A stretch of DNA of 63,963 bases, the filler included, from an uncultured Methanosarcinales archaeon (lineage in GTDB: Archaea > Nanobdellota > Nanobdellia > Woesearchaeales > CAYZNE01): assembly GCA_964405295.1 (NCBI GenBank). It is 10 parts of 10 records of this genome, joined end to end, with 100 filler letters (N's around TTAATTAATTAA, not from the genome) between each part and the next. Parts side by side here need not be neighbours in the genome. Positions count along the whole stretch, not along the records: positions 48,819 to 55,056 come from CAYONI010000029.1; positions 55,157 to 61,075 come from CAYONI010000030.1; 8 more parts are not named here. One strand, written 5' to 3'. The notes under the pieces were generated by a model, which saw nothing but the letters and a program-made list of their open reading frames with translations, was not told where the DNA came from and searched no databases. Shown here piece after piece: positions 49,865 to 60,052 of this stretch. Every line of letters begins with the position of its first letter. The first letter of the stretch is position 1. A program made the position numbers and the translations under genes.

Positions 49865-50947
49865 CTACAATGTTTTTTTCTCAACGCTTCTTACAAAATC
49901 TTCAATTAATTCTTTTGTTGATAAAAGTTCTGTTACTGGACTTAAGAATCCAGAAATAATTAGCTTTTCAGCATTCTTTAAAGTAAGTCCTCTACTCATT
50001 AAATAGTATAGCTGTTCTTCATCCATTTTACCAATTGCAGCACCATGTGATGCAACAACATCAAACTCATCAATTAGTAATAGTGGGTTTGCATCTAATC
50101 TAGATGTTTTACCAAGTACTATTCCTCTATTTGATTGACGTGCAATACTTCTTTTCATATCTTTATTAATCTTACCTACACCTTCAAATACTAAGAAACT
50201 TGAATTGTTTGATACTCCATAATTTTCAATATATCCTTCAGTATCTGGTGCGTTATGTTCGATTAGTTGTCTAATTTTCATTTCTTGTTCATTAGAAGTA
50301 ATCGCTACTGTTTTTGAAGTTCCAACAGCATATACATCTTGCAATTCAATAAATGTATTTGAGTCTGTTATTCCATCATTTACTTCTGCAATACTATATA
50401 AACTGTTTCCGTATCTTCTTACATAACTATTTCTATTAACAGAAACAATAGCTTTATTATTCAAATTAGATAATCCAGAATATATCAATTTTGCATTTTC
50501 ATTAACAATTGAATTTGATACAAAATTAATACTTGAGTCTGTCATGTTGATTAAATACTCAAAATAAGACAACTCTGAATTCTCTCCAAGAATAATCAAT
50601 GTGTTATTTACTAAATCATTATTTTCTTGAACATAGAACACATGAAGAGTATCTTTTATCACTTTGTTTTTACCTACTTCAATAAATACTCCACTGTTTA
50701 CTTCCTCTAAATTATATTGATAAGCATCACTTTTATATTCTGTCAAAAAAGGATTTTGACTAAAAATCTTTGGTTTATTAGTTATTGTATCTTCTATATC
50801 TTCAATAATTATATTATTATCTTTAACATGATTTTTAATGATATGTCCATCTTTTATTACAAGGTAATTAGTAAGCTCTTCAGTGAAAAATTTATTTAAC
50901 TCACTCGGTATTTTATCATTTAGTAGTTTTGATCTATGAAATTTCAC
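49865..50947 (-). CDS. sufD: Fe-S assembly protein SufD
   Basis: ANPLLLIDEFDVVASHGA, QLYYLMSRGL; between sufC and sufS. Confidence 0.92.
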   Translation of the reverse strand: MKFHRSKLLNDKIPSELNKFFTEELTNYLVIKDGHIIKNHVKDNNIIIEDIEDTITNKPKIFSQNPFLTEYKSDAYQYNLEEVNSGVFIEVGKNKVIKDTLHVFYVQENNDLVNNTLIILGENSELSYFEYLINMTDSSINFVSNSIVNENAKLIYSGLSNLNNKAIVSVNRNSYVRRYGNSLYSIAEVNDGITDSNTFIELQDVYAVGTSKTVAITSNEQEMKIRQLIEHNAPDTEGYIENYGVSNNSSFLVFEGVGKINKDMKRSIARQSNRGIVLGKTSRLDANPLLLIDEFDVVASHGAAIGKMDEEQLYYLMSRGLTLKNAEKLIISGFLSPVTELLSTKELIEDFVRSVEKKTL

Positions 50948-50948
50948 T

Positions 50949-51782
50949 TTATAGACCTAATAATTCTTTTGTAGCGCAAGTTCCAAGCAATATTTTTTCT
51001 TTTTCTTCTTCTACAAATACTCTTTCTTCTACAATACCCAGTTCTTCTTTGATCCAGTCATATCCTTCTGCATCAATTCTCTTAATTAAACTCATATCAC
51101 CAGTTTTTACAATTCTTCCTTGCATCATTACATGAACTAAATCAGCACTAATATAATCTAATAGTCTTTGGTAATGAGTAATAAGCAATAATCCTAAGTC
51201 TTTCGATTTCATGCTAGTTACGTTTTCACCAACAATTTTCAGAGCATCAACATCAAGTCCTGAATCAATTTCGTCTAAAATTGCGATACTAGGTTTAAGC
51301 ATTTTCAATTGAAGAATTTCATTTCTTTTCTTTTCTCCGCCACTAAATCCTTCATTTAAATAACGGTGAGGAAGATCTTCATTCATTTTAAGCTCGGCAA
51401 CTGCTTTATCATACTGAACAATAAACTTGAATAATGATATATTTTTTCCTTCTTCACTTCTTGCGTTCATTGCTGTTTTTACGAAGTCGCTGTTTGTTAC
51501 TCCAGGCACTTCCGCGGGTGATTGCATTCCGAGGAAAATTCCTGCTCTGCTTCTTTCATCAACTTCCATTTTTAAAACGTCTTTACCATCAAGTAATACT
51601 TCACCTTTTGTGACAGTAAATTTTGGATGTCCCATCACGACACTAGCTAGTGTTGATTTACCAGTTCCGTTTGGTCCCATAATTGCGTGAGTCTCCCCAC
51701 CTTTTATCTCTAAATTAACGCCTTTTAAGATTTCTTTTCCATCTACTTCAGCGTGTAAATTTCTAATTGTTAATACACTCAT
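50949..51782 (-). CDS. sufC: Fe-S assembly ATPase SufC
   Basis: GPNGTGKST, NEGFSGGEKKRNE, LDEIDSGLDVD, ITHYQR. Confidence 0.96.
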   Translation of the reverse strand: MSVLTIRNLHAEVDGKEILKGVNLEIKGGETHAIMGPNGTGKSTLASVVMGHPKFTVTKGEVLLDGKDVLKMEVDERSRAGIFLGMQSPAEVPGVTNSDFVKTAMNARSEEGKNISLFKFIVQYDKAVAELKMNEDLPHRYLNEGFSGGEKKRNEILQLKMLKPSIAILDEIDSGLDVDALKIVGENVTSMKSKDLGLLLITHYQRLLDYISADLVHVMMQGRIVKTGDMSLIKRIDAEGYDWIKEELGIVEERVFVEEEKEKILLGTCATKELLGL

Positions 51783-51871
51783 TTTGTATACCTCCTTGGC
51801 TCATTACCATTCTAACAAATAAGAATAATTAATACCAATGATATGATTAATTATTTAATTAAAAAAAGTAT

Positions 51872-51904
51872 AAAAAAAAACGGAATGTTGAGCATTCCGT
51901 TTTA
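51872..51904 (-). terminator. Intrinsic terminator
   Basis: Minus strand AAAACGGAATG-CTCAA-CATTCCG followed by a T run, after the lipoprotein stop. Confidence 0.8.
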
Positions 51905-51918
51905 GTTATAAAATTTTA

Positions 51919-54900
51919 CTATCCTTGAGGATTATAATTTGGGAAAACTTGCACGTTATCAAATGTGATAACACTAGGTAAACTTACTAAGATTAACCCA
52001 TCAACTCCAGCTGTAACTCCACCAAGTTCAAAGTCTAATTTGTTAGCTGCATCATCTTCACCATATGTGAATGTATATGAGTAAGTAACCATTTCTGTAG
52101 TTAAAGAGAACATTTCAGCATATTCTGCTGAACCAATCATTTTTGCATTGATGTCTCTTGCAACAGTACTCATTGCATCAAATACTACTGTGTATGTAAC
52201 TCCTTGAACAAGTGGTAATTCTGCTTGGAATAATTGAATATTCCAATTTTCATCACCAACATTAGTTATATCAATAACGAATGCTCCATCTGCTACTCCA
52301 TAAGTTGCAGCAGTTGTGTTCCAATCTGCCATCCAAACTCCCCATTCAACTGGGAGATCAAATGTACCATTAACTATTTGATTTGTATCAGCAACTACTG
52401 CTGCATCAACAAGTTCTTCAAACATTAAGTTGTCCATTGTAATAGCACTACCAGTAGCAACTGTAATTCCATTTGTTGCTCCACCAAGTTCGAAGTCTAA
52501 TTTTGCATTAACGCTATCAGCAGTAACTAAGAAATCAACAGTGTAAACAGTCATTGTACTAGTTAAAGCAATAGTTTCAACATACTCAGCACCATTATCA
52601 TCAATTAACTTAACATTGATTTCTCTATCTTCAGTACTCATAGCTTCAAATGTTGCTCTATAAGTATTTGTATCTACTAATGCTAAATCTGCTTGGAATA
52701 ATTGAATATTCCAGTTGTCTTCTCCTACATTAGTAATATTAAGTTCAACATATCCGTTTGAATAATCTACTGTAGCAGCAGTTGAATTCCAATCTGCCAT
52801 CCAAGTAGACCATCCTGAAGTCTCAAAATTGCCATTCATTAATAATTCATCTTGTTGTAATAATTCTACCATAACGTTATCAATACGAACGATAGTGTCT
52901 ACTGCAACTCCACCAATTGTACCTAGTTCAAATACTAGTTTACCTTGATCAAGTGTAGTTTCTGCAGTCATTGTAAAGATAATTTCAAATGTTTGCCAGT
53001 CTACAGTTAAATCGATAACTTCAGTAGCCATAAAGTTAGCAAACCAAGGATCTGAATCTAGAGCATCACCTAAATTTACATTCATTTGACGCGCATCATC
53101 AGCCATAGCATCAAATGAAACTTTGTAAGTTTTACCTAATTCAAATGCTAAGTCTTCTTGGTAAACTTGAGTAGCGTAAGAAGCATGAGTATCTAATAAT
53201 CCAACAACTTCAACTTCTAACATTCCATTTGCTGCATCAATTGAAGAAGTAGTAACACCACTCCATTCATCTCCGTACCAAGCACCCCATGAATCTTTAT
53301 TATTTAACATGAAATCGCCATTTAGAATTTGATCAGTTTCAGCAACTACTGCTGCATCAACAAGTTCTTCAAACATTACATTATCAAATGTAACAACACT
53401 TGCTGCAGAAACAGTAATTCCACCCATTGCTCCACCAAGTTCAAAGTCTAATTTTGCATTTTCATTATCTTCAGCAACAACAAAATCAACTGTATAAACT
53501 GTCATTTCACTAGTTAATGCAACAGTTTCAACATATTCAGTTGCTCCAATTAATTTTACATTTACTTCTCTATCAACAGTACTCATAGCTTCAAATGTAA
53601 TTCTATAAGTATTTGTATCTACTAATTCTAAACCTTCTTGGAATAATTGAATGTTCCAGTTGTCTTCTCCAACATCAGCGATATCTAATACTACAGTATC
53701 TCCGTCGTATACAACTGTTGCACTAGTTGAATTCCAGTCTGCCATCCAAGTTCCCCATACACCAGCATTAAATTCTCCATTAACAACTAAGTCTGTAGGG
53801 TCCCATACCATTGCATTTGGTATTGTAACGATTACAACTCTATTAACAACTCTTTCATTTCCAGCAGCATCACTAACTGTATAAGTAACAGTGTAAGAAC
53901 CTACTGTATCAACATCAACAGTATCTCCAGAAACTACTATGTCTTCAGTAACAACACCATCAACAAAGTCATTTGCAACTACACCAAATAGAGGATCAAA
54001 TACATCGCCTACAATAATAGTAACATCTTCTGCTCCAGTTATTGCTGGTGCAGATCCATCTTCTGCTGATCCACCACTAATTGTAAGATCATCAAGCAAA
54101 ATAGTGCAATCAATATCTTCACTACCTTCAATATTTCCCATTTCGAATAATGGTCCACCGTTTACATTGTCAATACCCATTGTAAATGTAAATGTGTAAT
54201 CTGCCCATTCTTCAGTTAACACGAAATCAATAACTACTCCTGGTTTAAAGTCTGTAAACCATGGATCACTTGGTAATAATTCTCCCATTTGGAAATGAAG
54301 AATTTTTCCTTCAACACTTGATTTAGCTCTAAAAGAAACAGAGTAATCAGTTTCATTTTGTAAAGGTACTCCCATATATTCAAATCTAGATTCATAAACT
54401 AATCCACCAGAAATGATATCCATTCTTAAAGTTCCGTCTTCAACAGATTCAGTAACTGAACCTCCACCTGATTCATATTTTGTCCATCCAACTAATGCAG
54501 TTTCATCGTCAAATGTCCAAGTCTTCACTACTAAAGCATTAGGATCAACAGTAACTGTTTCTGCTTCGATAGTTACAGTAATAGATGCTCTAGCCAATTT
54601 ACCTAAAGCAACTACAGAATATTCAATAATACACACTGCTGGAATACCTGTATCTAATGTACCATCAGCATTAATTGTACAATTATCTGAGCTAGCAGTA
54701 ATTAAATCTGTATAATCTACTAAATCACTTCCTGCAGCTTCCGCTTTTGCGAAAACATTAAAAACATCGTCAACCATAATTGATTCATCAGCAAGTCCTG
54801 AAAGTTCAACAGAATCTAGGACGTCAATAATATCCTCTATATCCTCTTTGTTAAGTAAATCACATCCACTAAGTCCTAAAACTAAGACTAAACTAGCAAT

Positions 54901-54921
54901 TAAAATTAAAAACTTTTTCAT
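51919..54921 (-). CDS. Lipoprotein with about five CBM4/9-like modules and a DUF5011-like Ig domain
   Basis: GGAGG RBS, lipobox LSGC; repeated NG.F..W...WNIQL.Q..L.L....Y...F.A...L.FELG...DN modules; APAITGAED...G.Y.VTY.VSD.AGN. Confidence 0.85.
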   Translation of the reverse strand: MKKFLILIASLVLVLGLSGCDLLNKEDIEDIIDVLDSVELSGLADESIMVDDVFNVFAKAEAAGSDLVDYTDLITASSDNCTINADGTLDTGIPAVCIIEYSVVALGKLARASITVTIEAETVTVDPNALVVKTWTFDDETALVGWTKYESGGGSVTESVEDGTLRMDIISGGLVYESRFEYMGVPLQNETDYSVSFRAKSSVEGKILHFQMGELLPSDPWFTDFKPGVVIDFVLTEEWADYTFTFTMGIDNVNGGPLFEMGNIEGSEDIDCTILLDDLTISGGSAEDGSAPAITGAEDVTIIVGDVFDPLFGVVANDFVDGVVTEDIVVSGDTVDVDTVGSYTVTYTVSDAAGNERVVNRVVIVTIPNAMVWDPTDLVVNGEFNAGVWGTWMADWNSTSATVVYDGDTVVLDIADVGEDNWNIQLFQEGLELVDTNTYRITFEAMSTVDREVNVKLIGATEYVETVALTSEMTVYTVDFVVAEDNENAKLDFELGGAMGGITVSAASVVTFDNVMFEELVDAAVVAETDQILNGDFMLNNKDSWGAWYGDEWSGVTTSSIDAANGMLEVEVVGLLDTHASYATQVYQEDLAFELGKTYKVSFDAMADDARQMNVNLGDALDSDPWFANFMATEVIDLTVDWQTFEIIFTMTAETTLDQGKLVFELGTIGGVAVDTIVRIDNVMVELLQQDELLMNGNFETSGWSTWMADWNSTAATVDYSNGYVELNITNVGEDNWNIQLFQADLALVDTNTYRATFEAMSTEDREINVKLIDDNGAEYVETIALTSTMTVYTVDFLVTADSVNAKLDFELGGATNGITVATGSAITMDNLMFEELVDAAVVADTNQIVNGTFDLPVEWGVWMADWNTTAATYGVADGAFVIDITNVGDENWNIQLFQAELPLVQGVTYTVVFDAMSTVARDINAKMIGSAEYAEMFSLTTEMVTYSYTFTYGEDDAANKLDFELGGVTAGVDGLILVSLPSVITFDNVQVFPNYNPQG

Positions 54922-55056
54922 AATAATTTCTCCTCCTATATTTTCTTTATTTTTATCCAAACATAATACAAAATTTCCGCACATAAAACTCTGCGGACAA
55001 TTTATTGAAAGAGAGAATGCAAAATAATTCTTCTTTTCGAGAGTAGTATAGCATAT

Positions 55057-55156
55057 NNNNNNNNNNNNNNNNNNNNNNNNNNNNNNNNNNNNNNNNNNNN
55101 TTAATTAATTAANNNNNNNNNNNNNNNNNNNNNNNNNNNNNNNNNNNNNNNNNNNN
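55057..55156. other. Artificial contig spacer
   Basis: Same 100-bp linker. Confidence 0.99.
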
Positions 55157-55197
55157 CATATTGAATCTTTTCGCACTTGCTTGTATGTTCTCTCTTT

Positions 55198-55476
55198 TCA
55201 TTGTTTTTCATCTCCATTTAATTTATTATATAATCTCTTAAATTTTTCTACTATATAAATCTTTCTACGATTATATAGACCGAATCGATGTACAACATGA
55301 TTTGTAGTGATATATACATCTGCAAGTTCCTCTGTCATTCGCTCCAAATTTATAGTGCTTGGATTGTTCTGATACTTCATCGCTGCTTGTGTAAGCTCTC
55401 CGAGTTCCTCCACCATTTTATTGACCATGTAGGTATCTGTGAAGCGCTTATCACACAGTCTGTAGAAGTCTTTCAC
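55198..55476 (-). CDS. MazG-like NTP pyrophosphohydrolase
   Basis: KMVEELGELTQA...EELADVYI. Confidence 0.8.
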   Translation of the reverse strand: MKDFYRLCDKRFTDTYMVNKMVEELGELTQAAMKYQNNPSTINLERMTEELADVYITTNHVVHRFGLYNRRKIYIVEKFKRLYNKLNGDEKQ

Positions 55477-55551
55477 TTGGGTAGCCCCTGTCTCATCATG
55501 TTTTCCAGTGCATCTGCTATTCTCTTTAGTTGCTTATTAGTCTCCTCTAGC

Positions 55552-55824
55552 TCAGTTGTCAAGGTAATCACCTAGCCCTTCTTCTGTTCCACATAGACTA
55601 CATATCATAGTGTTATTGTCTTTTCTGCTTAATGCTCCCATGCCCGGTTCAATTAATGACTTGCATAATGGACATCTTTCCCAGACTGTGAACTCTTTCT
55701 CTAAATGCGGAAAGCTTAATGCGATTTCCTTAATAGTTCCCACAGGCCCAGTTCTACCGACTCTGTATTCCCTGTCTTCTTTAGGTGTATTCTCTTTAAA
55801 GTATGTTACTCGTTCTAATATCAT
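55552..55824 (-). CDS. Small protein with C-terminal zinc finger
   Basis: CPLC...ALSRKDN..ICSLCG; ATGA overlap with the upstream ORF. Confidence 0.65.
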   Translation of the reverse strand: MILERVTYFKENTPKEDREYRVGRTGPVGTIKEIALSFPHLEKEFTVWERCPLCKSLIEPGMGALSRKDNNTMICSLCGTEEGLGDYLDN

Positions 55825-55955
55825 TTGCAATGCCTCCTGATGATTGACCAGCAATTAAGACAAATACATCGTTGTCTTTGGTCTTCTATTATTGTTTGAT
55901 GTGCTAAAAAGTCTTCTCCACAGATAAGACACATATAACGTCCATTGTTATTCAT
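55821..55955 (-). CDS. Zinc-finger microprotein (44 aa)
   Basis: CLICG...CLNC; GGAGG SD. Confidence 0.6.
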   Translation of the reverse strand: MNNNGRYMCLICGEDFLAHQTIIEDQRQRCICLNCWSIIRRHCK

Positions 55956-56078
55956 TTTTACCCTCCCAGCCTTTGAAACCAGTTGAGCTTAATACTGTTT
56001 TCCAGAACTTAGTCCCGTATTTTCTTTCGATTAATCTAATGATTTCAGCTCTATCTAATGCGATTGTTGTTTCTGTTT

Positions 56079-56363
56079 TCATCTTGCGTATACCTCTTCG
56101 TTATCATCTGGGTCTGAGTTTTGCTCAATCATTTCTTGTTTATACTCTTGAGCCCATTCCCATTCTCGTTCTGCTCTTATCATCTTATCGAACTCTGTTT
56201 TAGCTAATGCAATCTTAGTGTTCATTGCTACTTCAACTTCAAGTTTGAATTCTTCTAAGAACTCGACTAGCTCTGGCCCTTCCAGATGCTTTTTGTCTGC
56301 GATGTCTTTTACTTCTTCCATCGCTTGTTGTAATACTTCATGTAAGTTTTTTATTTCTCCCAT
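56079..56363 (-). CDS. Hypothetical acidic helical protein
   Basis: AAGGAGGT SD; downstream of a TATA-like box. Confidence 0.65.
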   Translation of the reverse strand: MGEIKNLHEVLQQAMEEVKDIADKKHLEGPELVEFLEEFKLEVEVAMNTKIALAKTEFDKMIRAEREWEWAQEYKQEMIEQNSDPDDNEEVYAR

Positions 56364-56523
56364 TTTAATATTTAACCTCCTTAATATATATAATATTCTA
56401 CTACTATATAAATATTACTACGAAGTATCCAGACTTATAGGAATTAATCCTAAGAAACAATTAGAAATTATACTCTTATATATATAACAAATAAAAAAGA
56501 AGCACAGGAACTAAGGTTTACCC

Positions 56524-56745
56524 TTAGTTTGCTTCTTTAATGACTTCAGAAATAGATAGACCATTGTTCGCGAATTTTTCAGTTAGATTGTACGCCTTAT
56601 ACTCTGTAGTCGTCAATCGTTTCTGAGCGTTCATTGTCTTTATTTGTGCTAAAGCATTTGGTACGTCGTCTGTCTTAACGATTTCGCTCATTGGTATTAG
56701 CTTTCTATTGTCAAATTGTTCCCATGTTAGTAAGTAAAAATCCAT
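56524..56745 (-). CDS. Hypothetical protein
   Basis: AGGTGA SD; abuts the upstream gene. Confidence 0.6.
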   Translation of the reverse strand: MDFYLLTWEQFDNRKLIPMSEIVKTDDVPNALAQIKTMNAQKRLTTTEYKAYNLTEKFANNGLSISEVIKEAN

Positions 56746-57069
56746 TTATTCATCACCTAGTTGTTGTGCTGTGCTCTCATCGGAGTCAGTTCTACTGTCT
56801 ACTTTAAGTATCTCGAAGTCTGACTCGGTGTAGAATGCGCTACTGTCGTCTCCTTTTGACTCGATATACTCGACTGCTTTCTTCTTGTCAAATGTCTTAC
56901 GAGTCTGACTAATTAATCTTAATCGTTCTGTATCAGTTTCAAATTTATCGATGTCATTAATCTTGACTTCAATTAGTATGTCTGTTCGTAATTGTTCTTG
57001 TGTTGCTTTTAATTCTTTAATCTTCGCCTTTATCTCGACGAACTCTTTCATTGCTTTTGCTAGTTCCAT
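56746..57069 (-). CDS. Hypothetical viral coiled-coil protein
   Basis: AGGTGA SD; coiled coil followed by a beta segment (RKTFDKKK). Confidence 0.65.
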   Translation of the reverse strand: MELAKAMKEFVEIKAKIKELKATQEQLRTDILIEVKINDIDKFETDTERLRLISQTRKTFDKKKAVEYIESKGDDSSAFYTESDFEILKVDSRTDSDESTAQQLGDE

Positions 57070-57075
57070 TGCTAT

Positions 57076-57195
57076 TCACCTTTTTTGTCTGTTACAATCA
57101 GGACATATTTTACCACGTTTAGCAACAGTAAAATACAATTTACCACATCTTGTACACCATCTTTGATATCGGCTAAATCCTGTTTTGTTATTCAT
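57076..57195 (-). CDS. Zinc-finger microprotein (39 aa)
   Basis: CTRCG...CPDC. Confidence 0.6.
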   Translation of the reverse strand: MNNKTGFSRYQRWCTRCGKLYFTVAKRGKICPDCNRQKR

Positions 57196-57361
57196 TTAAT
57201 ATGCCATTTTCCGTAGTGATGTTTCTCCGCTTTGTTTTTGGTTTCAATTGAGTCAAAATACTGCTCATAAATCTCAGACCAAACTGGCTTGAGTATCTTA
57301 AAAGAAGGGCAATCTCTCATGACATGCAGAATTAACTGCTCTTCAGATGATTGCCACATGC

Positions 57362-57760
57362 TCATTTTTCGTTCTCCCTTAGTCTTAAAATACCCTCTGT
57401 TATCTTGATTGAAGCCATTAACCCATCGAAAGGAATACCAGTAATACCAAACGCTTGGCTCTGTAGTTGCATAAAGTCATTGTGTGCGTCTATAATCTTC
57501 TTACATAAGGCGCATTTTTCATATTCTGTTCCAGGTGGATGAAAGCCCTTTCTCTTGTTCTTCTTACCATTATGAGACATTGGCTGTTCTTCTCTATGTT
57601 GCATAGTAGCTGAACGTCCTAATTGGTTTAACTCAACTAATTTGTCGCTGAACTCTTTGACAGTTAGTGTTATTTTAGGTGGCATCTCAGGTTTTATGTC
57701 TTCGTTGTTCATCATCTGCTTAGCTTGCTCTACTTTCTCGTGTATTTCTTCTTTTTTCAT
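57362..57760 (-). CDS. Hypothetical protein
   Basis: GAGG SD; H-x-P...CALC motif. Confidence 0.6.
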   Translation of the reverse strand: MKKEEIHEKVEQAKQMMNNEDIKPEMPPKITLTVKEFSDKLVELNQLGRSATMQHREEQPMSHNGKKNKRKGFHPPGTEYEKCALCKKIIDAHNDFMQLQSQAFGITGIPFDGLMASIKITEGILRLRENEK

Positions 57761-57895
57761 AGTAATCCTCTCCTTTAGCGGATTTTTACCACCAGTGGTT
57801 CTTTAGCAGGTGTTGTTAGTATTCTAACGCCCCCTATTGTAACTTGCAAAGCATTACTTAAAGTGTATGCTTTATGTTCTTTAATTGACCAGTAT

Positions 57896-58330
57896 TCATA
57901 TTCCATTGTCGTTTTCCTCCAAATATTGTCTTGTTTTTAGATGTAAAGCGAAGATATTCTTAACGTCTCCGTATATTTGGTCGTATAAAACTTCTTTGAC
58001 TCCGGCACTTAATAGTAATTTGCAACATAACATACAAGGAAAGTGTGTTACATATATTGTAGCTCTTTCTAACGATATTCCCTTCTTAGCACATTGGGTA
58101 ATTACATTCTGTTCAGCATGTACTGTTCTAATACAGTGTCCTTCTACCATTAGATGACTAGCCTCAGTGCAATGCGCTAGCCCCTTTGGACTCCCGTTAT
58201 ATCCAGACATGATGATTCTGTTATCTTTAACTGCAACAGCCCCAACCATAGCTCTATCACATGTACTTCGCTTAGCTGTTAACTTAGCTATGTCCATGAA
58301 GTATTCGTCTCTAGTTGGTCTACTTGCCAT
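57896..58330 (-). CDS. dCMP deaminase (ComEB-like)
   Basis: RSTC, GYNG, HAEQN, PCMLC. Confidence 0.92.
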   Translation of the reverse strand: MASRPTRDEYFMDIAKLTAKRSTCDRAMVGAVAVKDNRIIMSGYNGSPKGLAHCTEASHLMVEGHCIRTVHAEQNVITQCAKKGISLERATIYVTHFPCMLCCKLLLSAGVKEVLYDQIYGDVKNIFALHLKTRQYLEENDNGI

Positions 58331-58523
58331 TATCTTGAGCCTCATCGAATACCTCTGAACTTATTTCAACTTCAGAGACTGTTTTACTTACTCTTGCCCT
58401 ATTAATCAATGCAAGTTCTTCAAAGTTTAATGCTTTTAGCATTTTCTTCATTAATGCGTCTGCTACTCTTAAATCCAATGTTGCTAATGCAATATTTACT
58501 ACGATTGTTGTTTCTTCTGTCAT
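58320..58523 (-). CDS. Hypothetical protein
   Basis: AAGGAGG SD; co-oriented. Confidence 0.6.
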   Translation of the reverse strand: MTEETTIVVNIALATLDLRVADALMKKMLKALNFEELALINRARVSKTVSEVEISSEVFDEAQDNGK

Positions 58524-58659
58524 TTAATGTTATCCTCCTTGGATTAACTTAATTTTTATATATAAATATATAGGGTAAATCACTTTGTTTCTTAGGATTA
58601 ATTCCTTATATCTATATGTTAATTCCTTAATATATATTAATATTTTATACTATATAAAT

Positions 58660-58920
58660 TTATCCTCGTTTTAGTGATTCTGCACTATCTGTGTGGATAT
58701 CTTTTAATTGTTGCTCTTGATCGTTATCTACTTCAAAGCCTTCTAATAGACCAACTAAGTAGTCTACATGATTCGCTCTAATCCAGTCTGCTGCTTCTGG
58801 TTCTTTGGCTGAATCTAAGTAATAAGCTACTGTTCCTGGTTGTTGTAACTCTGTCTTAGTGAATATGGTTGAGTTCAATACCTGGTGTATAGCGTTAAAT
58901 ATCTTAGTTGATAATTTCAA
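58660..58920 (-). CDS. Hypothetical protein
   Basis: AGGTGA SD; TTG start overlaps the upstream stop. Confidence 0.55.
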   Translation of the reverse strand: MKLSTKIFNAIHQVLNSTIFTKTELQQPGTVAYYLDSAKEPEAADWIRANHVDYLVGLLEGFEVDNDQEQQLKDIHTDSAESLKRG

Positions 58921-59312
58921 GCTAAATCACCTTCGATTAGCTCGTCTGCCTCATATTCGTATAATTGTTCTGGTTCTTTAATAACATCAAATTCATCGAT
59001 ATGCATAGTCATAGTTAAAGCTTTTGTTTTTTTTGATAATGCAATCTTAAAAGTTGAATGCAAATCTTCGTGTAACTGAAGTAATGCGCCCTGCTTAATA
59101 ATCATACCCATTGGTGTTCTATCTCCGATATAGCCATCAACATAATCACGGTAGTCTTCTTCAGTAGGACAGCCAATGAAATTGATTTCATTAGGTTTTA
59201 TTTCTGTAACTACACCCAGTTCGAATATCTCAGCTGCTAATTCTTTTAAATTGATGAGTATCGATGTTTTATCGATATTTGAGCCTAAAGGCTCCTTAAT
59301 AGTTTCGTACAT
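58917..59312 (-). CDS. Hypothetical acidic protein
   Basis: AAGGAGG SD. Confidence 0.6.
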   Translation of the reverse strand: MYETIKEPLGSNIDKTSILINLKELAAEIFELGVVTEIKPNEINFIGCPTEEDYRDYVDGYIGDRTPMGMIIKQGALLQLHEDLHSTFKIALSKKTKALTMTMHIDEFDVIKEPEQLYEYEADELIEGDLA

Positions 59313-59809
59313 TGTAATATTCCTCCTTCTAATTTTAATATATGATTAGGAAAATATGATTTCATATCTTGTCTATTAATTGATACACGTCCATAGTTAT
59401 CAACCATATTTTTCATTTGATTTATCGGAACCATATAGACTTCTGAGTTGTTCCATCTGCCATCATAGAAAGCAACTACAAAGAATGCACTATTCTTCCC
59501 ATGTATTGCTTCAAAGGCTAATAGGTCGTGCATCTGTTTAAGTCTCTTAAAAGCTAAACGGCCTTTACCAAGTGCTGGTGTTTTACCAGCAGTATCAGTA
59601 AAAGACTGAGACCTTTTGCATGTAACTTGCTTACATTCCATCAGCATGAATTTATGTTCATGATAAACAGAGTCGTCATCTTTCATAGACACTATATAGT
59701 CAGCTGGTGTAGTTTGGTGAGCCAAAGGATTATTGTGTAGCTTCATACCCCATTGGAATTGGTCTTTCTGACTCTTACTAAATAGTTTCTCTAGTTTGTT
59801 ACGAACCAT
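59285..59809 (-). CDS. RecU-like PD-(D/E)xK Holliday junction resolvase
   Basis: TPADYIV...MECK...Q...L...FFVVAF...VYMVPI pattern. Confidence 0.65.
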   Translation of the reverse strand: MVRNKLEKLFSKSQKDQFQWGMKLHNNPLAHQTTPADYIVSMKDDDSVYHEHKFMLMECKQVTCKRSQSFTDTAGKTPALGKGRLAFKRLKQMHDLLAFEAIHGKNSAFFVVAFYDGRWNNSEVYMVPINQMKNMVDNYGRVSINRQDMKSYFPNHILKLEGGILQCTKLLRSL

Positions 59810-59912
59810 TATACACCTGGTTCATTTCTCCACATTTAGTGCACTTGTAAATAGTATCGTAACCTTCTATAGTCTCGGTCAGGTCTTCTCCGCATTTAAA
59901 GCATTTATTCAT
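59799..59912 (-). CDS. CxxCG zinc-finger microprotein (37 aa)
   Basis: MNKCFKCGE...YKCTKCGE; AGGTGA SD. Confidence 0.65.
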   Translation of the reverse strand: MNKCFKCGEDLTETIEGYDTIYKCTKCGEMNQVYNGS

Positions 59913-60052
59913 ATCAATCACCTTTGTTTGATTTCTTACCCTTGATTATCTTCCAAGCATCTGAGAAATCTCCCCAAATACTTCCAAGCATTGCTGCGTC
60001 ATGAAATATGCCATCTTCTTCTTCCCAAACCATTCCGTCTTTGTTGAATACT

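Noticed and set aside
55198..58330. MazG plus dCMP deaminase as a second base-modification system
   Set aside because: Both are common viral nucleotide-pool genes; no synthase or transferase is on the contig.
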